Source: an uncultured Pseudomonadales bacterium
Lineage (GTDB): Bacteria; Patescibacteriota; Microgenomatia; UBA1400; PJMF01
Direction of reading: 5' to 3'
Length of the DNA: 64,000 bases
NCBI GenBank assembly: GCA_964648715.1
Contig: CAZYNM010000001.1
Coordinates: forward strand, 16,040-80,039
Below the pieces are notes generated by a model. The model ran no database searches. It saw nothing but the letters and a program-made list of their open reading frames with translations, and was not told the origin of the DNA. Shown in pieces: positions 1 through 10,075 of this stretch (positions are counted from its first letter, which is position 1; every line of letters begins with the position of its first letter). The translations under genes were made by a program, and so were the position numbers.

Positions 1-1
1 T

Positions 2-778
2 CATGAGTTTGCCTGGAACACCTTTGGTTTTGGGTTCCGTGATCTCATTGATGAACAAAAATCATTAGCGTTCTGGCAGACCATTGCACGATTCAAACGT
101 GCCGTAGTAGAAGAAGCAACTCAATATTCCAAAAAACTGGGCGTTAATATCCCTCACACAAATACCACCATCAAGCCATCTGGTACCATCTCCAAACTTT
201 TTGCTCTCACCGAAGGAGCGCACCTCCCAAGTATGCGCGAGTACATTCGCTGGGTGCAGTACCGTTCAGATGATCCCGCTGTAGAGAAGTACCGCAAAAA
301 GGGCTACCCCGTCAAAGAACTGAAAAGCTACCAAGGCTCCACTGTGGTTGGTTTTCCCACTCAACCGCTCATCTGTAGAATTGGTATGAATGGTGAACTC
401 GTGACCGCTGCCGAAGCAACGCCAGAAGAGCAGTACAAGTGGCTAATGCTTCTAGAAAAGTACTGGATTGTGGGTATTGATGAAGCAGGCAAGCCACTAG
501 AAGATACTGGTAACCAAGTGTCGTACACCCTCAAGTATGACCCACAAAAAGTGTCATACAAAGAATTCTCAGCAATGGTACGTCAGTATCAAGGTCTCAT
601 TAAGTGTTGTTCTGTCATGCCTCAACAAGATGCCACAGCCTATGAATACCAGCCTGAGCAGCCAGTCACCATCAGTGAGTTCATGAAGGTGCTCAATGAA
701 ATTGAGCAGGACGAGAACCTTCTTGAAGACATAGATTACGAACACTTAAAATGTGCTAGCGGAGCTTGTCCCATATAG
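2..778 (+). CDS. ribonucleotide reductase large subunit, C-terminal part (5' partial; reading frame is open from window start)
   Basis: Frame 2 is open from nt 2; translation HEFAWNTFGFGFRDL...TNTTIKPSGTISKLF...; C-terminal CASGACPI resembles the redox-active CxSGAC tail of RNR large subunits; stop TAG 776-778. Confidence 0.55.
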   Translation, partial: HEFAWNTFGFGFRDLIDEQKSLAFWQTIARFKRAVVEEATQYSKKLGVNIPHTNTTIKPSGTISKLFALTEGAHLPSMREYIRWVQYRSDDPAVEKYRKKGYPVKELKSYQGSTVVGFPTQPLICRIGMNGELVTAAEATPEEQYKWLMLLEKYWIVGIDEAGKPLEDTGNQVSYTLKYDPQKVSYKEFSAMVRQYQGLIKCCSVMPQQDATAYEYQPEQPVTISEFMKVLNEIEQDENLLEDIDYEHLKCASGACPI

Positions 779-847
779 TGGGTACTTGCGGGAAATGGCG
801 CTTGCTCTGTATACTGGTATGAAAGATGGTGTGTTTAGGGCTCTATC

Positions 848-876
848 TTGAGAAAAATGTAGAAATATCGTATAAT
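848..876 (+). promoter_or_regulatory. sigma70-like promoter TTGAGA-17nt-TATAAT upstream of giant ORF
   Basis: TTGAGA at 848-853, 17-nt spacer, TATAAT at 871-876, about 34 nt before ATG 910. Confidence 0.5.
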
Positions 877-909
877 TTGATACCAGTATCTCGTTAAAGA
901 GAGCACATT

Positions 910-3900
910 ATGACAGAAGCACATAATAACTCCGCAGCAGAAGTTGCACAACAATTAGCTCAAGAACTTTTAAAGCAAACTGGTGCGGCAGATGAACCAC
1001 AAGCTGATCCAATCGGAAAGAGCAAAGAAGTTAAAGATGCAGGTGCGCAACAAAAAGCTGAATTAATTCAGAATCGCATCCAGACTGGTGAGTTAATGAA
1101 TGATCTCCCTGGTACCGTAGCTCTTGCGCGTGAACCAGCTGTAGCGGCTCTTCTGAAAAAGATGCTGACGCCAGCCGACCATCAGACTATTACTGATTTG
1201 ATCCAACAGTTTGATGGAGCCCCAGCTGAAGAGCATAAAGATCCAACTGTGACATCAGCTCCCAGACCAGAGAAAACGAAACAGGTTGCTCCACCTTCTT
1301 CTCATGATGCAGCACCTCAGAATCATGAGAATGAACACGCTGATGATCAAGAAGAGGAAGAAGCAGAAGTTGAACGCATTGCCAGTCCTTTTGATCGTTT
1401 GGGACGTCGTGGCATGGTGCGCAGAATAAATGAAGCTATTGCTGCAGACGCTGCACACCAGGTTTTTGTTGATAGAAACATTGATGTTACGCGCACTCAC
1501 GCATACCAAATGAACGAAGCGTGGGACAATCGCGATAATCCTGAGATAATGGCGCAAATACTCACTGATGCTCTTGCAAACGCTCTCGACCTGCGTATTC
1601 CTCGTAATGTACGTGGTGCAGAGCGGGCAACACAAGCTGCTGAGAACTGGACGATTGCCACTCGCCTTGCTGAGCGCATTGTCAATATTGAAGCAAATCC
1701 AGAACCAAGACGCGGTGTGGCCGCACTCACTGAAGGGATTCGCAATAGAGTAGCTCGTGGTTTCCGTGGGGCACTAGATGCTCTTGGTAGATTCTATAAT
1801 CGCGCAGTAGAAGCAAATGCCGGCACTGTCCGCGGTGTAGACATTGTTCCAGTGGTCTCTCGTGATGTCCAGCGCGCTCAAGCCACTGCTCCAGAACGTG
1901 AGTTTACCCCAGAAGATAGAACACGATTTGAAGCATTTGTTGAACACATTAGAGATGAAAAAGTAAAGAAAAATGTTGCTACACAGTTACGCAAGCTTCG
2001 TACTGAAAATGCTATCCCTGTGGTTGATGAAAGTGATGCAGCTGCAGATGCTGTAGAGGCTCTCACTCCAGAACAAGTATCGCAACGCCAGCATGTACTC
2101 GACCTTATCTCAGATGCCTTTGCCTATCTCAAAGATCTAAACTTTGATCCCGATCTTGAAGATGAAGATATGGCTCTGGAAAATCCTGACGATATTCTTG
2201 CCCTGCTTGAAATTCTCAAGGAACTCAACATTACTATAGATAGTGCAAAAAAGAAAAAAAATGTACGAACTGTTGATGAGTTTATGCCTGTTGCACCTGT
2301 TGTGCCTGAGGACGATGCAGAAGAGCCCGCAGATGATGGCGCTCCAGAATCAGAAGATGATGCACCACAGAAGGAAAAAAAGCTTTCATTGTGGCAACGT
2401 ATGCAGTTTTGGAAGCGTGGTGAACGTGATGCGGACGCGTTTATGGATGGAGATAACGCAGCAGACTTGAATTATCTTCAAGCAGAGCTTAGTGAGGGAT
2501 TGAAGAAACTTCATCCAAAAGATAGAAACTATAAAACTAAGCGTGGTGCATACGTTCGTGCCATCGGTCTTTTAGCACAAGTACAAGCAGGTGAACTTGT
2601 TGAGGGCGATGATATCCCTCGTAATCACAAAGCTATTAATCAACTCAGAAAAGAGCTGAGCGTACTGGGTATAGCAAGTAGAGAAGCAGAAGCAGATGCT
2701 ATCACTACAGACACAGAAGCTCAAAAGAATGCTGAGAAAGCAGTTGATGGCTCAGATCTACCACCAAGCAAGAAACGATGGCTTAAAGATAAGCTCAAGG
2801 CTGGCTGGAATTGTGTAAAAAGTCCCGCATTCCTTCTGGGTGCAGCGACTGGTGTGGCCACGGATATTCTTCTCTATGTAACCGGTGCAGATCATACCTG
2901 GAAGAGGGGCGTATATGTTGCGGCTACAGCATTCCTTGCTGATGGTGCTATGAGTACTTATGTCAGAGCTAAGTTGGTTAGTGCCTCCAGTATGGGAGGA
3001 CCAGTGGGTCTGGGTGCCTATGGTTTATTCTGGGTGCTTGATAAAGGAGTTCAAATTGTAGGCCCGGGAAATGTAAGTAAGTTTGGCGCAGGGTTCTTTG
3101 GTGGCTATGAATTAGCGCATATTGGTCATCATGTCTACGATCAGTATTCAGCCACTGCTGCCACTCACACCGTTACAGCAGGTGAAGGTCAGACAGGCAC
3201 TGGTGCTGATTCAAAACACTCATCGCTTACAGGCGTTGAACCAGTTAAACCAGATCACGGTGAAAAACTCACCGATGATACCCCACCAAAGGCTAACGCT
3301 TCTGTTGATACTCATACAGTCGCTCCTGCAGCAGATGCTCCAAAGGTAGACACAACTGCCAACGTGCAGACTTCTGGTGAACAGCATCTGAGTGGTAATC
3401 CACTTACCGCACAACAAACAAACGTGCAAGCTTCTGGTGAACAGCACTTGAGTGGCAACCCTCTTGCACAAACACAAACGATAGTTGTAGATACTGAGAA
3501 ACTTCAAGATCAAGCACAGAATTGGGCACAGCAAATTGGTGCTTGGTGGAGAAATACTGTAACAAATGCTCAGCAAAATACTGGAGCACAACACCACAAT
3601 CAACAGGGAGAAACAAACCCAAATGCACAATTTATGGCTGATCTGAATCAAAAACGTGCAGGTGTAGATGTCACTGCAAATATTCACGATGGTAGTTCGG
3701 CAGCAGACTCTTCTGCTGACCACAGTAATCAGGGTTCAGACACGATGAATGACGCAGCTGGAAATACAGCTGGTGCCCACGGTGGTGTAGAAACAGGTGA
3801 TCTATCTCATGTTAAAGTCGTTACATTTGACAAACCATATATTTGGGAAGATGTAAAGGCAGTTACTGGAGACAACGGTGCAGTTACTGATGCTGTCAAA

Positions 3901-4878
3901 GATGCAACCGTCATGATGAATCACGCAGGCATGAGCACGCATGAATATCACCAAGGTGATCAAGTTGTTGTGATAGACTCCAACGTCCATACTGTCGCAG
4001 ATCTGCAAGCCTTGCACGCGAATCACCCAGAAGCACAGGGGTATGTCTTCTCTGACACTGCCATTGGGCGCATTGCTGAGTTTTACAAGCAAGCAGCACA
4101 AACACCTGCAGATCACAGAACGCCACTTCAAGAAGACGTGATGCGACATTTCACGGGAGGAACCTCTGGTGAAGAACTTGGTAAACATCCTGCTGCTGTT
4201 GAGGCACTCCTCAAGATTGCCAACGGAGAAACAGTGGATGGCAGTAAGCACATTATTGGTGGCGAGCATGTCGCCGACACCACTGTACATGCTACTACTG
4301 TATCTACTGCAGAAGCCCAACCAGTTGCGGAAGGTGGTGCAAAAGAACTTCTAGATGCTGCTATTGAACAGTACAAGCTGGATCTCAAGCACCCGCTAGC
4401 CGCTCAAGGCGTTATTGATCACTTCATGCATGAAGTCCCTAACAATACGGTTGATCATCCAGAACGGATTGCGCTCTTTGTTGATAACGTCTGGGGTAAA
4501 TGGGTGGATGCCTGTCACACGCTCAACCTGGACCCAATGAAAGCTAATCCAAAAATTGTGGACTATGTCGCCAATCCAGGATATCAAGGTAATGATCTGC
4601 TCACAGTCTCACCAGTACGTGCGGTTATGATTGAATATATCCAGCATGGAAATAGCATGAGTGAGCTTGGTATTACTCGTGGAGCAAATGAGCATACTTT
4701 TCTGAATCTAGATACGGTGCATGGTGTTCTGGCAAAAGTAGATGATAATCCGCTTATTGCCCAACTCATGGCAAACAACGGTGTAGATTCTGCGATTGGT
4801 CAACTCAATATAGAAGATATATTTGGCAATGACGCTGCCGACTATTATAAGAGAGTACAGAACAAGCAAGTACCGTAA
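910..4878 (+). CDS. giant hypothetical protein (1322 aa): acidic N-terminal region, central hydrophobic multi-helix segment, Thr/Gln-rich repeat region, unknown C-terminal domain
   Basis: Long uninterrupted ORF with coding-like composition; no signal peptide; hydrophobic block around aa 640-740 (AFLLGAATGVATDILLYV...GLGAYGLFWVL); in-frame 60-nt tandem repeat. Confidence 0.6.
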   Translation: MTEAHNNSAAEVAQQLAQELLKQTGAADEPQADPIGKSKEVKDAGAQQKAELIQNRIQTGELMNDLPGTVALAREPAVAALLKKMLTPADHQTITDLIQQFDGAPAEEHKDPTVTSAPRPEKTKQVAPPSSHDAAPQNHENEHADDQEEEEAEVERIASPFDRLGRRGMVRRINEAIAADAAHQVFVDRNIDVTRTHAYQMNEAWDNRDNPEIMAQILTDALANALDLRIPRNVRGAERATQAAENWTIATRLAERIVNIEANPEPRRGVAALTEGIRNRVARGFRGALDALGRFYNRAVEANAGTVRGVDIVPVVSRDVQRAQATAPEREFTPEDRTRFEAFVEHIRDEKVKKNVATQLRKLRTENAIPVVDESDAAADAVEALTPEQVSQRQHVLDLISDAFAYLKDLNFDPDLEDEDMALENPDDILALLEILKELNITIDSAKKKKNVRTVDEFMPVAPVVPEDDAEEPADDGAPESEDDAPQKEKKLSLWQRMQFWKRGERDADAFMDGDNAADLNYLQAELSEGLKKLHPKDRNYKTKRGAYVRAIGLLAQVQAGELVEGDDIPRNHKAINQLRKELSVLGIASREAEADAITTDTEAQKNAEKAVDGSDLPPSKKRWLKDKLKAGWNCVKSPAFLLGAATGVATDILLYVTGADHTWKRGVYVAATAFLADGAMSTYVRAKLVSASSMGGPVGLGAYGLFWVLDKGVQIVGPGNVSKFGAGFFGGYELAHIGHHVYDQYSATAATHTVTAGEGQTGTGADSKHSSLTGVEPVKPDHGEKLTDDTPPKANASVDTHTVAPAADAPKVDTTANVQTSGEQHLSGNPLTAQQTNVQASGEQHLSGNPLAQTQTIVVDTEKLQDQAQNWAQQIGAWWRNTVTNAQQNTGAQHHNQQGETNPNAQFMADLNQKRAGVDVTANIHDGSSAADSSADHSNQGSDTMNDAAGNTAGAHGGVETGDLSHVKVVTFDKPYIWEDVKAVTGDNGAVTDAVKDATVMMNHAGMSTHEYHQGDQVVVIDSNVHTVADLQALHANHPEAQGYVFSDTAIGRIAEFYKQAAQTPADHRTPLQEDVMRHFTGGTSGEELGKHPAAVEALLKIANGETVDGSKHIIGGEHVADTTVHATTVSTAEAQPVAEGGAKELLDAAIEQYKLDLKHPLAAQGVIDHFMHEVPNNTVDHPERIALFVDNVWGKWVDACHTLNLDPMKANPKIVDYVANPGYQGNDLLTVSPVRAVMIEYIQHGNSMSELGITRGANEHTFLNLDTVHGVLAKVDDNPLIAQLMANNGVDSAIGQLNIEDIFGNDAADYYKRVQNKQVP
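3361..3480 (+). repeat. 2 x 60-nt imperfect tandem direct repeat inside giant ORF (encodes NVQ(T/A)SGEQHLSGNPL...)
   Basis: aacgtgcagacttctggtgaacagcatctgagtggtaatcc... repeated as aacgtgcaagcttctggtgaacagcacttgagtggcaaccc... Confidence 0.8.
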
Positions 4879-4906
4879 TAGCTAATACAAAAAGGTTCAA
4901 ACAACT

Positions 4907-5221
4907 ATGTCAGAATCTACTGCCCCAGCTTTTTCAGCGCTGACCAGACTGAAAGACGCACTAACAAAAGCCAATATGAGTGAAGATAATGTCTCATTCA
5001 TACTTGGTCGGCTAACCCGCGTTATCACTGAAACTGTTGTTACTGAAGTTGCTCAGGCTCTAGGTGAAGAAGAGCTTAAACAAGTTGCAAATGTTGCTTC
5101 TGAAGAAGAAAAAATGCAGAAAATGGCGATTCTCTTTGAGCAAAAAACGGGGAAAAGTATTACCGTACTTAGAGAAGAAGTTACTGAAAAAATGGTCGCT
5201 GAATTTGAAGCACTTGAGTAG
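4907..5221 (+). CDS. small acidic hypothetical protein (104 aa)
   Basis: ORF 28 nt downstream of the giant gene, same strand; Glu-rich helical-looking sequence; no recognisable motif. Confidence 0.4.
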   Translation: MSESTAPAFSALTRLKDALTKANMSEDNVSFILGRLTRVITETVVTEVAQALGEEELKQVANVASEEEKMQKMAILFEQKTGKSITVLREEVTEKMVAEFEALE

Positions 5222-5241
5222 CTGTTTGGTGTGGGGTACCT

Positions 5242-7812
5242 ATGGCAGGTAATGAACAAGAACGGTCACAGGAAAACCATGCAAAATTACAACAGCTTGC
5301 ACGTCCAGTGCTTGAGTACTGTTTGGTTAGCGATGTCCGACTAACAAAAGAAAATGCACCCAAAGCGGTCTCAGCAACAAATGCACTTATTAAGGTAAGT
5401 ACCGAACTTTTTGCGCGTACTCCCGATACTGTCTCACTAAAAACTGCCGAGTACATAGCACAGGTACTGCAAGCAGTACAGTTCAAATTGTTAAGTGTTG
5501 GTCTTCGTACTGATGTTACTGATACAGGTATGGTGGGTTCTAGACCTGAGATTCGCCCTATTATACAGAAACGGAGTGCTGCTTCAGATCCACTTGCGGC
5601 AGCTTCAGAGGCTGGATTGAGAATTGTAGTGGAAAATTCTCATGCATCACCAGCACAGCTCAGAGATAACAGATCAGAACTTGTCGCTGTATACAACTAT
5701 TACGATCAAACGCGTTACCGTAGGCACGCTCAAAAACCTTATAGTGAACAAGAACTAACACAACAGGCTCGAGTGCTGACTGCAATGATTACTTCCCTCA
5801 TTAGTATGGGGAGGAACTTTTCACTTGAACTTAGAGGTGTAGACAACAAAGTGGCTAAACCTGCCCCAGAATTTTCCGGTGCAATGAGTTGGGAAAAAGC
5901 AAAAGGCGCTGTCGAGCTTATTCAATATGCTTCCTTGGAAGGAATGGAACCACTGCGTGATCACCTCAAGAAGTTTGGTGATCAGGAACAACATCAGTTT
6001 CACGATTTTTCTCTTGGCGCTCATGAAGCCGCTGTTATATATAACACGACTCATTATACTGAATTACCCATTTTTCCTGAGTGCCATGTCCAGTTTGATC
6101 CAAAGCTCCAGCGACTCGTTGAAGTAGGTGCGGCGCTCCATGATATTGGCAAAGTAGGTGCGGCAGAAGCAAATAGGCTTGGTTTAGATCCACAAAACAG
6201 AGGAAGAGAACCTAGACATACAGAAAATTCTGCACAGATTGTTGAAACACAGATCCTTAGTAAAATACCCTGGCTAACCGAAGAGGATAAGCAAAGAGTG
6301 TTGTTCCTGGTTAAGCACCATGACTGGCTTGGTGACTTGGGTTTTTATAAAAATGGAGACATCAGAAAGCAGCGGGAGGTCTTCAGAGAAAAGTCTTATG
6401 AGCAGCGCCTACATGAGCTGGTAAGCTCAGTGCGGGAGCCACAAGATCTAGCCTTGCTGTACCGACTAACCTTGTGTGATGTGGCAGGTATAAAAAAGGA
6501 CAATGCGCTGTTGACAAGAGAAGCGCAGCACTTGATTTATGCAGCCTACTGCGAAGCAGTTTCACTATGTCTGCAGAACCAAAGCCAAGAACAGAAACAA
6601 GCACCGATAAATCGCGAATTACAACAAGCTGAGAGTGCTTATTTTAGTCAACAAGCACGCATCGCACGGGGTGAGTCATTCATTGAAGCACAGGGAGGAA
6701 AGGCAGAGCATTCACTCTTTTCATATGCGTTGCCCACCCATCGCTGCTCCATAGATGCAGCAGTGGGTATCTTAAGTTCCGGTATGCTTGTATCGACACA
6801 AGACAGAGGAGTTAACTTCAAAGTTGCTGGCTTAGCTGCCGACTACGGTTGTATCACCTTTATAGGTAAAGGAAATGAAGTAGAGTTACTCCAACCTGAT
6901 GCTCCAAGCCCCTTTGATTACACCCAGAAATGGCAGAAGGGTCACAAACATGCATACAATGTCTTTGACTTAGCTGGTGTTGAAGGAACTTCAAAAGCAC
7001 GTGATTTTGGTGGACACGTAGCAGATATTCTCAAAGCAAAGCATGGTATTGATATCAACGACGAAACGCAGTACCCTCCCGCCAGTCGCACTAATCTTTT
7101 ACGTGAGCATTCTCAGTATTTAGTTGGTGATTGGGCAACCACGGCACAAGTTCCTGCGTGCGAAGGGCCTCAATTGAATGTAGGAATTCGAGCTTCAGAG
7201 AAAGCGTATTATCGCCCTCGTCTCGAATCTGCTGCTCAAAAAATGGGATGCACAGTGGACGACATTAAAGGTGCCGTGAGCACGGAATGTATTTGCGCCA
7301 TTATGGTTCCAGAGTTCTTGACCAAAGAGCCGGTTTATAACCGGTTGGCAGCACTAGCCAGTCAAAGAGGTGTAGATATTGTGATTTCACCGAGCGGTCA
7401 GACAGTGCTTGAGTACCTGGGCGACTCGCTCGCATATTTTTTAGATACAACCCGCTTTGTTCATCAGCCTATTCATAAGCTTGGGCCGTTGGTAGCGAAA
7501 GCCCTGGGAACGCAGTATGGAGTTAAGCTAACCTATCCAGGTGCTCAGACCTATGCAACTAGTACAGAAGGGCAAACATTCATGCAGTATGTGAAGCAGT
7601 ACCTCACGGAAAAGGGTCAATCAACTGATGCATTTGATGTTGTAAGACAGGGTATCGGGAAAAAACTGGTTCGTAGGAATATTTCCGGACAGTTCGCTAA
7701 TACCATGTGTCAAGAAGCGTATCAAGCTGAGCAAGCAACCTATTTTGGTTACAGCTCTAAGCGAGAACTAAAAGCTAAAAAAGCTGATATCAAAAGAAGG
7801 TATCAAGCTTAA
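5242..7812 (+). CDS. HD-domain (metal-dependent phosphohydrolase superfamily) protein, 856 aa, with large unknown N- and C-terminal regions
   Basis: Central motifs GAHEAAV...H, AALHDIGK (classic HD motif), VKHHDWLGDLG, LCDVAGI, consistent with the H..HD..H..D signature; stop overlaps next start (TAATG). Confidence 0.55.
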   Translation: MAGNEQERSQENHAKLQQLARPVLEYCLVSDVRLTKENAPKAVSATNALIKVSTELFARTPDTVSLKTAEYIAQVLQAVQFKLLSVGLRTDVTDTGMVGSRPEIRPIIQKRSAASDPLAAASEAGLRIVVENSHASPAQLRDNRSELVAVYNYYDQTRYRRHAQKPYSEQELTQQARVLTAMITSLISMGRNFSLELRGVDNKVAKPAPEFSGAMSWEKAKGAVELIQYASLEGMEPLRDHLKKFGDQEQHQFHDFSLGAHEAAVIYNTTHYTELPIFPECHVQFDPKLQRLVEVGAALHDIGKVGAAEANRLGLDPQNRGREPRHTENSAQIVETQILSKIPWLTEEDKQRVLFLVKHHDWLGDLGFYKNGDIRKQREVFREKSYEQRLHELVSSVREPQDLALLYRLTLCDVAGIKKDNALLTREAQHLIYAAYCEAVSLCLQNQSQEQKQAPINRELQQAESAYFSQQARIARGESFIEAQGGKAEHSLFSYALPTHRCSIDAAVGILSSGMLVSTQDRGVNFKVAGLAADYGCITFIGKGNEVELLQPDAPSPFDYTQKWQKGHKHAYNVFDLAGVEGTSKARDFGGHVADILKAKHGIDINDETQYPPASRTNLLREHSQYLVGDWATTAQVPACEGPQLNVGIRASEKAYYRPRLESAAQKMGCTVDDIKGAVSTECICAIMVPEFLTKEPVYNRLAALASQRGVDIVISPSGQTVLEYLGDSLAYFLDTTRFVHQPIHKLGPLVAKALGTQYGVKLTYPGAQTYATSTEGQTFMQYVKQYLTEKGQSTDAFDVVRQGIGKKLVRRNISGQFANTMCQEAYQAEQATYFGYSSKRELKAKKADIKRRYQA

Positions 7813-8708
7813 TGTCAAAAGAAAATTCTGGTAAGAGCGAGACGCCAGTTGGTAGAGACACACAGGAGCTGCAGCTTACTGAATGGATTACGCTTGAGAT
7901 TGTCGTTGGTGATATAACTTCAGTAGAAGCAGATGCTGTTGTATGTTCTTCAAATGGCTTCTTATTGATGGGTAGTGGCTCCGCAGGTGCATTACGGGAA
8001 GCAGGAGGGTATTACAATCCTACAGCAGACAGTGCAGCACGTATGCACGCACACATGGCACATCTACCCTTGCGGCTTGCGGAAAGCAGTACCGGCTTTG
8101 CTCGTCTGGAAAGACAGTCAGTTCATATTGCGACTGATAGAGAAGGTAGGCACTATTTCTCTGATGTTCAGACGGGCGCATTCGATCTCCTGGCACACAA
8201 TGGAATTGATGAGAAAACAGGGCTGTATAAGCCATACAAAGTGGGAGATGTTGTCCGTCAACCACTGCGCTTGGCAGCCGACAAAGATGGTACCCTACCT
8301 CGGGTTCTGTACCATGTTATTGCTATGACGTACAAACTGGCTATGGTGAAGCACAAAGACGTTGCTTATTATGTACTTGGTGATAAAGTCCCCGCCACGC
8401 CAAACTCCATTGATGCGTGTATGCATGCCTTACTTGCTCAGCTTCAAACTACTTCAGATTCGACTGTGGCAATACCCCTGATAGGTAGCAACAAAGGTGG
8501 ACTCACTGCCACCGATTCTGCACGAACAATTGTCCTAAGTTTACAAAGCTCATCAGCAGAGAAAAAGCTGCATGTTAAACTAGTACTTGATAAAGAGGTT
8601 GCTCAAAAGAACCCCGAATTGAGGACCATTCTGGAAAGAGCCGTCTCATCACGACCCAATCAGGTGGGCATGCTAATACAGGCCATAAAAGCTAAATTAG
8701 GTGGCTAA
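7812..8708 (+). CDS. macro-domain protein (ADP-ribose binding / processing), 298 aa with internal insertion
   Basis: N-terminal LEIVVGDITSVEADAVVCSSNGFLLMGSGSAGALREAGG matches the macro-domain GDIT...DA(I/V)VN..N..L..G.GV..AI..AGG signature; C-terminal VAIPLIGSNKGG resembles the macro phosphate-binding loop. Confidence 0.6.
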   Translation: MSKENSGKSETPVGRDTQELQLTEWITLEIVVGDITSVEADAVVCSSNGFLLMGSGSAGALREAGGYYNPTADSAARMHAHMAHLPLRLAESSTGFARLERQSVHIATDREGRHYFSDVQTGAFDLLAHNGIDEKTGLYKPYKVGDVVRQPLRLAADKDGTLPRVLYHVIAMTYKLAMVKHKDVAYYVLGDKVPATPNSIDACMHALLAQLQTTSDSTVAIPLIGSNKGGLTATDSARTIVLSLQSSSAEKKLHVKLVLDKEVAQKNPELRTILERAVSSRPNQVGMLIQAIKAKLGG

Positions 8709-8713
8709 AAGAT

Positions 8714-10051
8714 ATGGTAGAACAAAAGATATGGACACCATCTGAATTTGTTATAACGCGGGCAAATACATTGGTCACCCAGGTCCTTGAAGTCTTAAAA
8801 CCAACTTCAGATGCCAACAAAGATGAGCAGCTAAGCAGACTAGCAAACGATGCAAACACACTCTTAGAAAAGCTCGCACAGACATTTCGCGATGATCCTG
8901 AATTAATTGATCAAGCTACCATGCAACTACTCGCAAAGTCACTCATCACTGTGCAGATGTGCTTGCTGAGTGAGCACAGATCAACACGATTAGCTGTGCA
9001 TGCCAGTAAAGAACAAGAAAGTGTTGTGCCACAATCAGGTGATGTGATGGAACATGCTCGAGCGTGTCTCATGTTAATTCAAGATGGTGGACCTGAAGCC
9101 GTAGACAAACTTGTGGCTGCTTATAATCACTTTGTTGCTTTGCGTGATAGAGAACACAGTCTAGTCAAATACAGCACTGAGCAGATGCAGTTCTTTGCTA
9201 GAGTGCAGGTGGCGGTACAAACAAAGCTCATTTCAGAAGGTGTAGCTTGTCAATTGGTTGCAGAAAGCATGAAGCCGCTCATTAAATTTGGTGAGAACAC
9301 GCCTCCTGAAAACTTTGAACGCGCAGAGGCAGTTGGGCTCAAGCTAATACATAGAGATATCTCCTACTTACAATCTGTTTTGCGTTCGCATACCTCAGGA
9401 GGAAGTGCATGTGTTCCCCTTTCCTATGCGTACTTACGTATTTTGAGAGACTCGATAACAGATCGTTCCCAGCAAGAAAGTATGGTGCAAGGCATACTTG
9501 CTCAATGGAGAAAAAGGTTTAATGGTAACTGGGTAGGACCATCTGATTTCTTTGATACCACCAGCGACCAGGAAAGGAAATTGGACGCATTAAGCACACT
9601 GGACACCTCGCTCAGCAATACTGGTTTTGACGCTGTGGACTGTATTATCACCTATCTGGAAATGCCTGCGCATACTTTGTCTCGCGGCAAACTGGGGGTG
9701 ACACAGATAGAAATTAGTAGCAAACGAGGTGAACGACAAATGATTATCACCACAGCAGAGGGGCTCAAAGGGAGAGTCATTCACGTTGATGCTCAGAATC
9801 CTTATTGGCAGCAGCACAAAAATGCTATTCCTCGTGTGGGTACCTATGATTACACAGCGGGGCAACATGCTCTTCTAGTTGTTGATGGCAAAAAACTAGC
9901 AGACAACTCCTATGAAATATATGTTATTGATCCCATGACAGGGTGTGTGCTGGCTGTGAACCAATCTGAGTTGATTAGAGTGATACGAAAAACAAGTGAT
10001 GTTTCTCAGCAAAGATTCCAGATTCAGTTAGGAACGTGCACGATTAGCTAG
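8714..10051 (+). CDS. hypothetical protein (445 aa)
   Basis: Long ORF 6 nt after the macro gene, same strand; no recognisable motif. Confidence 0.45.
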   Translation: MVEQKIWTPSEFVITRANTLVTQVLEVLKPTSDANKDEQLSRLANDANTLLEKLAQTFRDDPELIDQATMQLLAKSLITVQMCLLSEHRSTRLAVHASKEQESVVPQSGDVMEHARACLMLIQDGGPEAVDKLVAAYNHFVALRDREHSLVKYSTEQMQFFARVQVAVQTKLISEGVACQLVAESMKPLIKFGENTPPENFERAEAVGLKLIHRDISYLQSVLRSHTSGGSACVPLSYAYLRILRDSITDRSQQESMVQGILAQWRKRFNGNWVGPSDFFDTTSDQERKLDALSTLDTSLSNTGFDAVDCIITYLEMPAHTLSRGKLGVTQIEISSKRGERQMIITTAEGLKGRVIHVDAQNPYWQQHKNAIPRVGTYDYTAGQHALLVVDGKKLADNSYEIYVIDPMTGCVLAVNQSELIRVIRKTSDVSQQRFQIQLGTCTIS

Positions 10052-10075
10052 TTAAGTAGTTTGACCAAAGCCAGC

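Noticed and set aside
3361-3480. Tandem repeat considered as a CRISPR array or DGR variable repeat
   Set aside because: It has only two copies, with no spacers, and lies in frame inside a CDS. Mismatches are not adenine-specific and no reverse transcriptase lies nearby.
1255-4587. Multiple 60-170-aa ORFs on the minus strand and in alternate frames inside the giant gene (e.g. 1255-1635, 3220-3723, 3802-4320)
   Set aside because: They are embedded antisense or out-of-frame within a long, well-supported ORF and have Cys/Ser-rich low-complexity translations typical of spurious frames.
5242-7812. HD-GYP phosphodiesterase assignment for the 856-aa HD protein
   Set aside because: HHDWLGDLG superficially resembles HHE..DGSGYP, but the GYP tripeptide is absent, so only a generic HD-superfamily call is supported.
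7975-8328. 117-aa alternate-frame ORF and 81-aa antisense ORF inside the macro-domain gene
   Set aside because: They overlap a CDS with clear macro-domain motifs in another frame and have no independent support.
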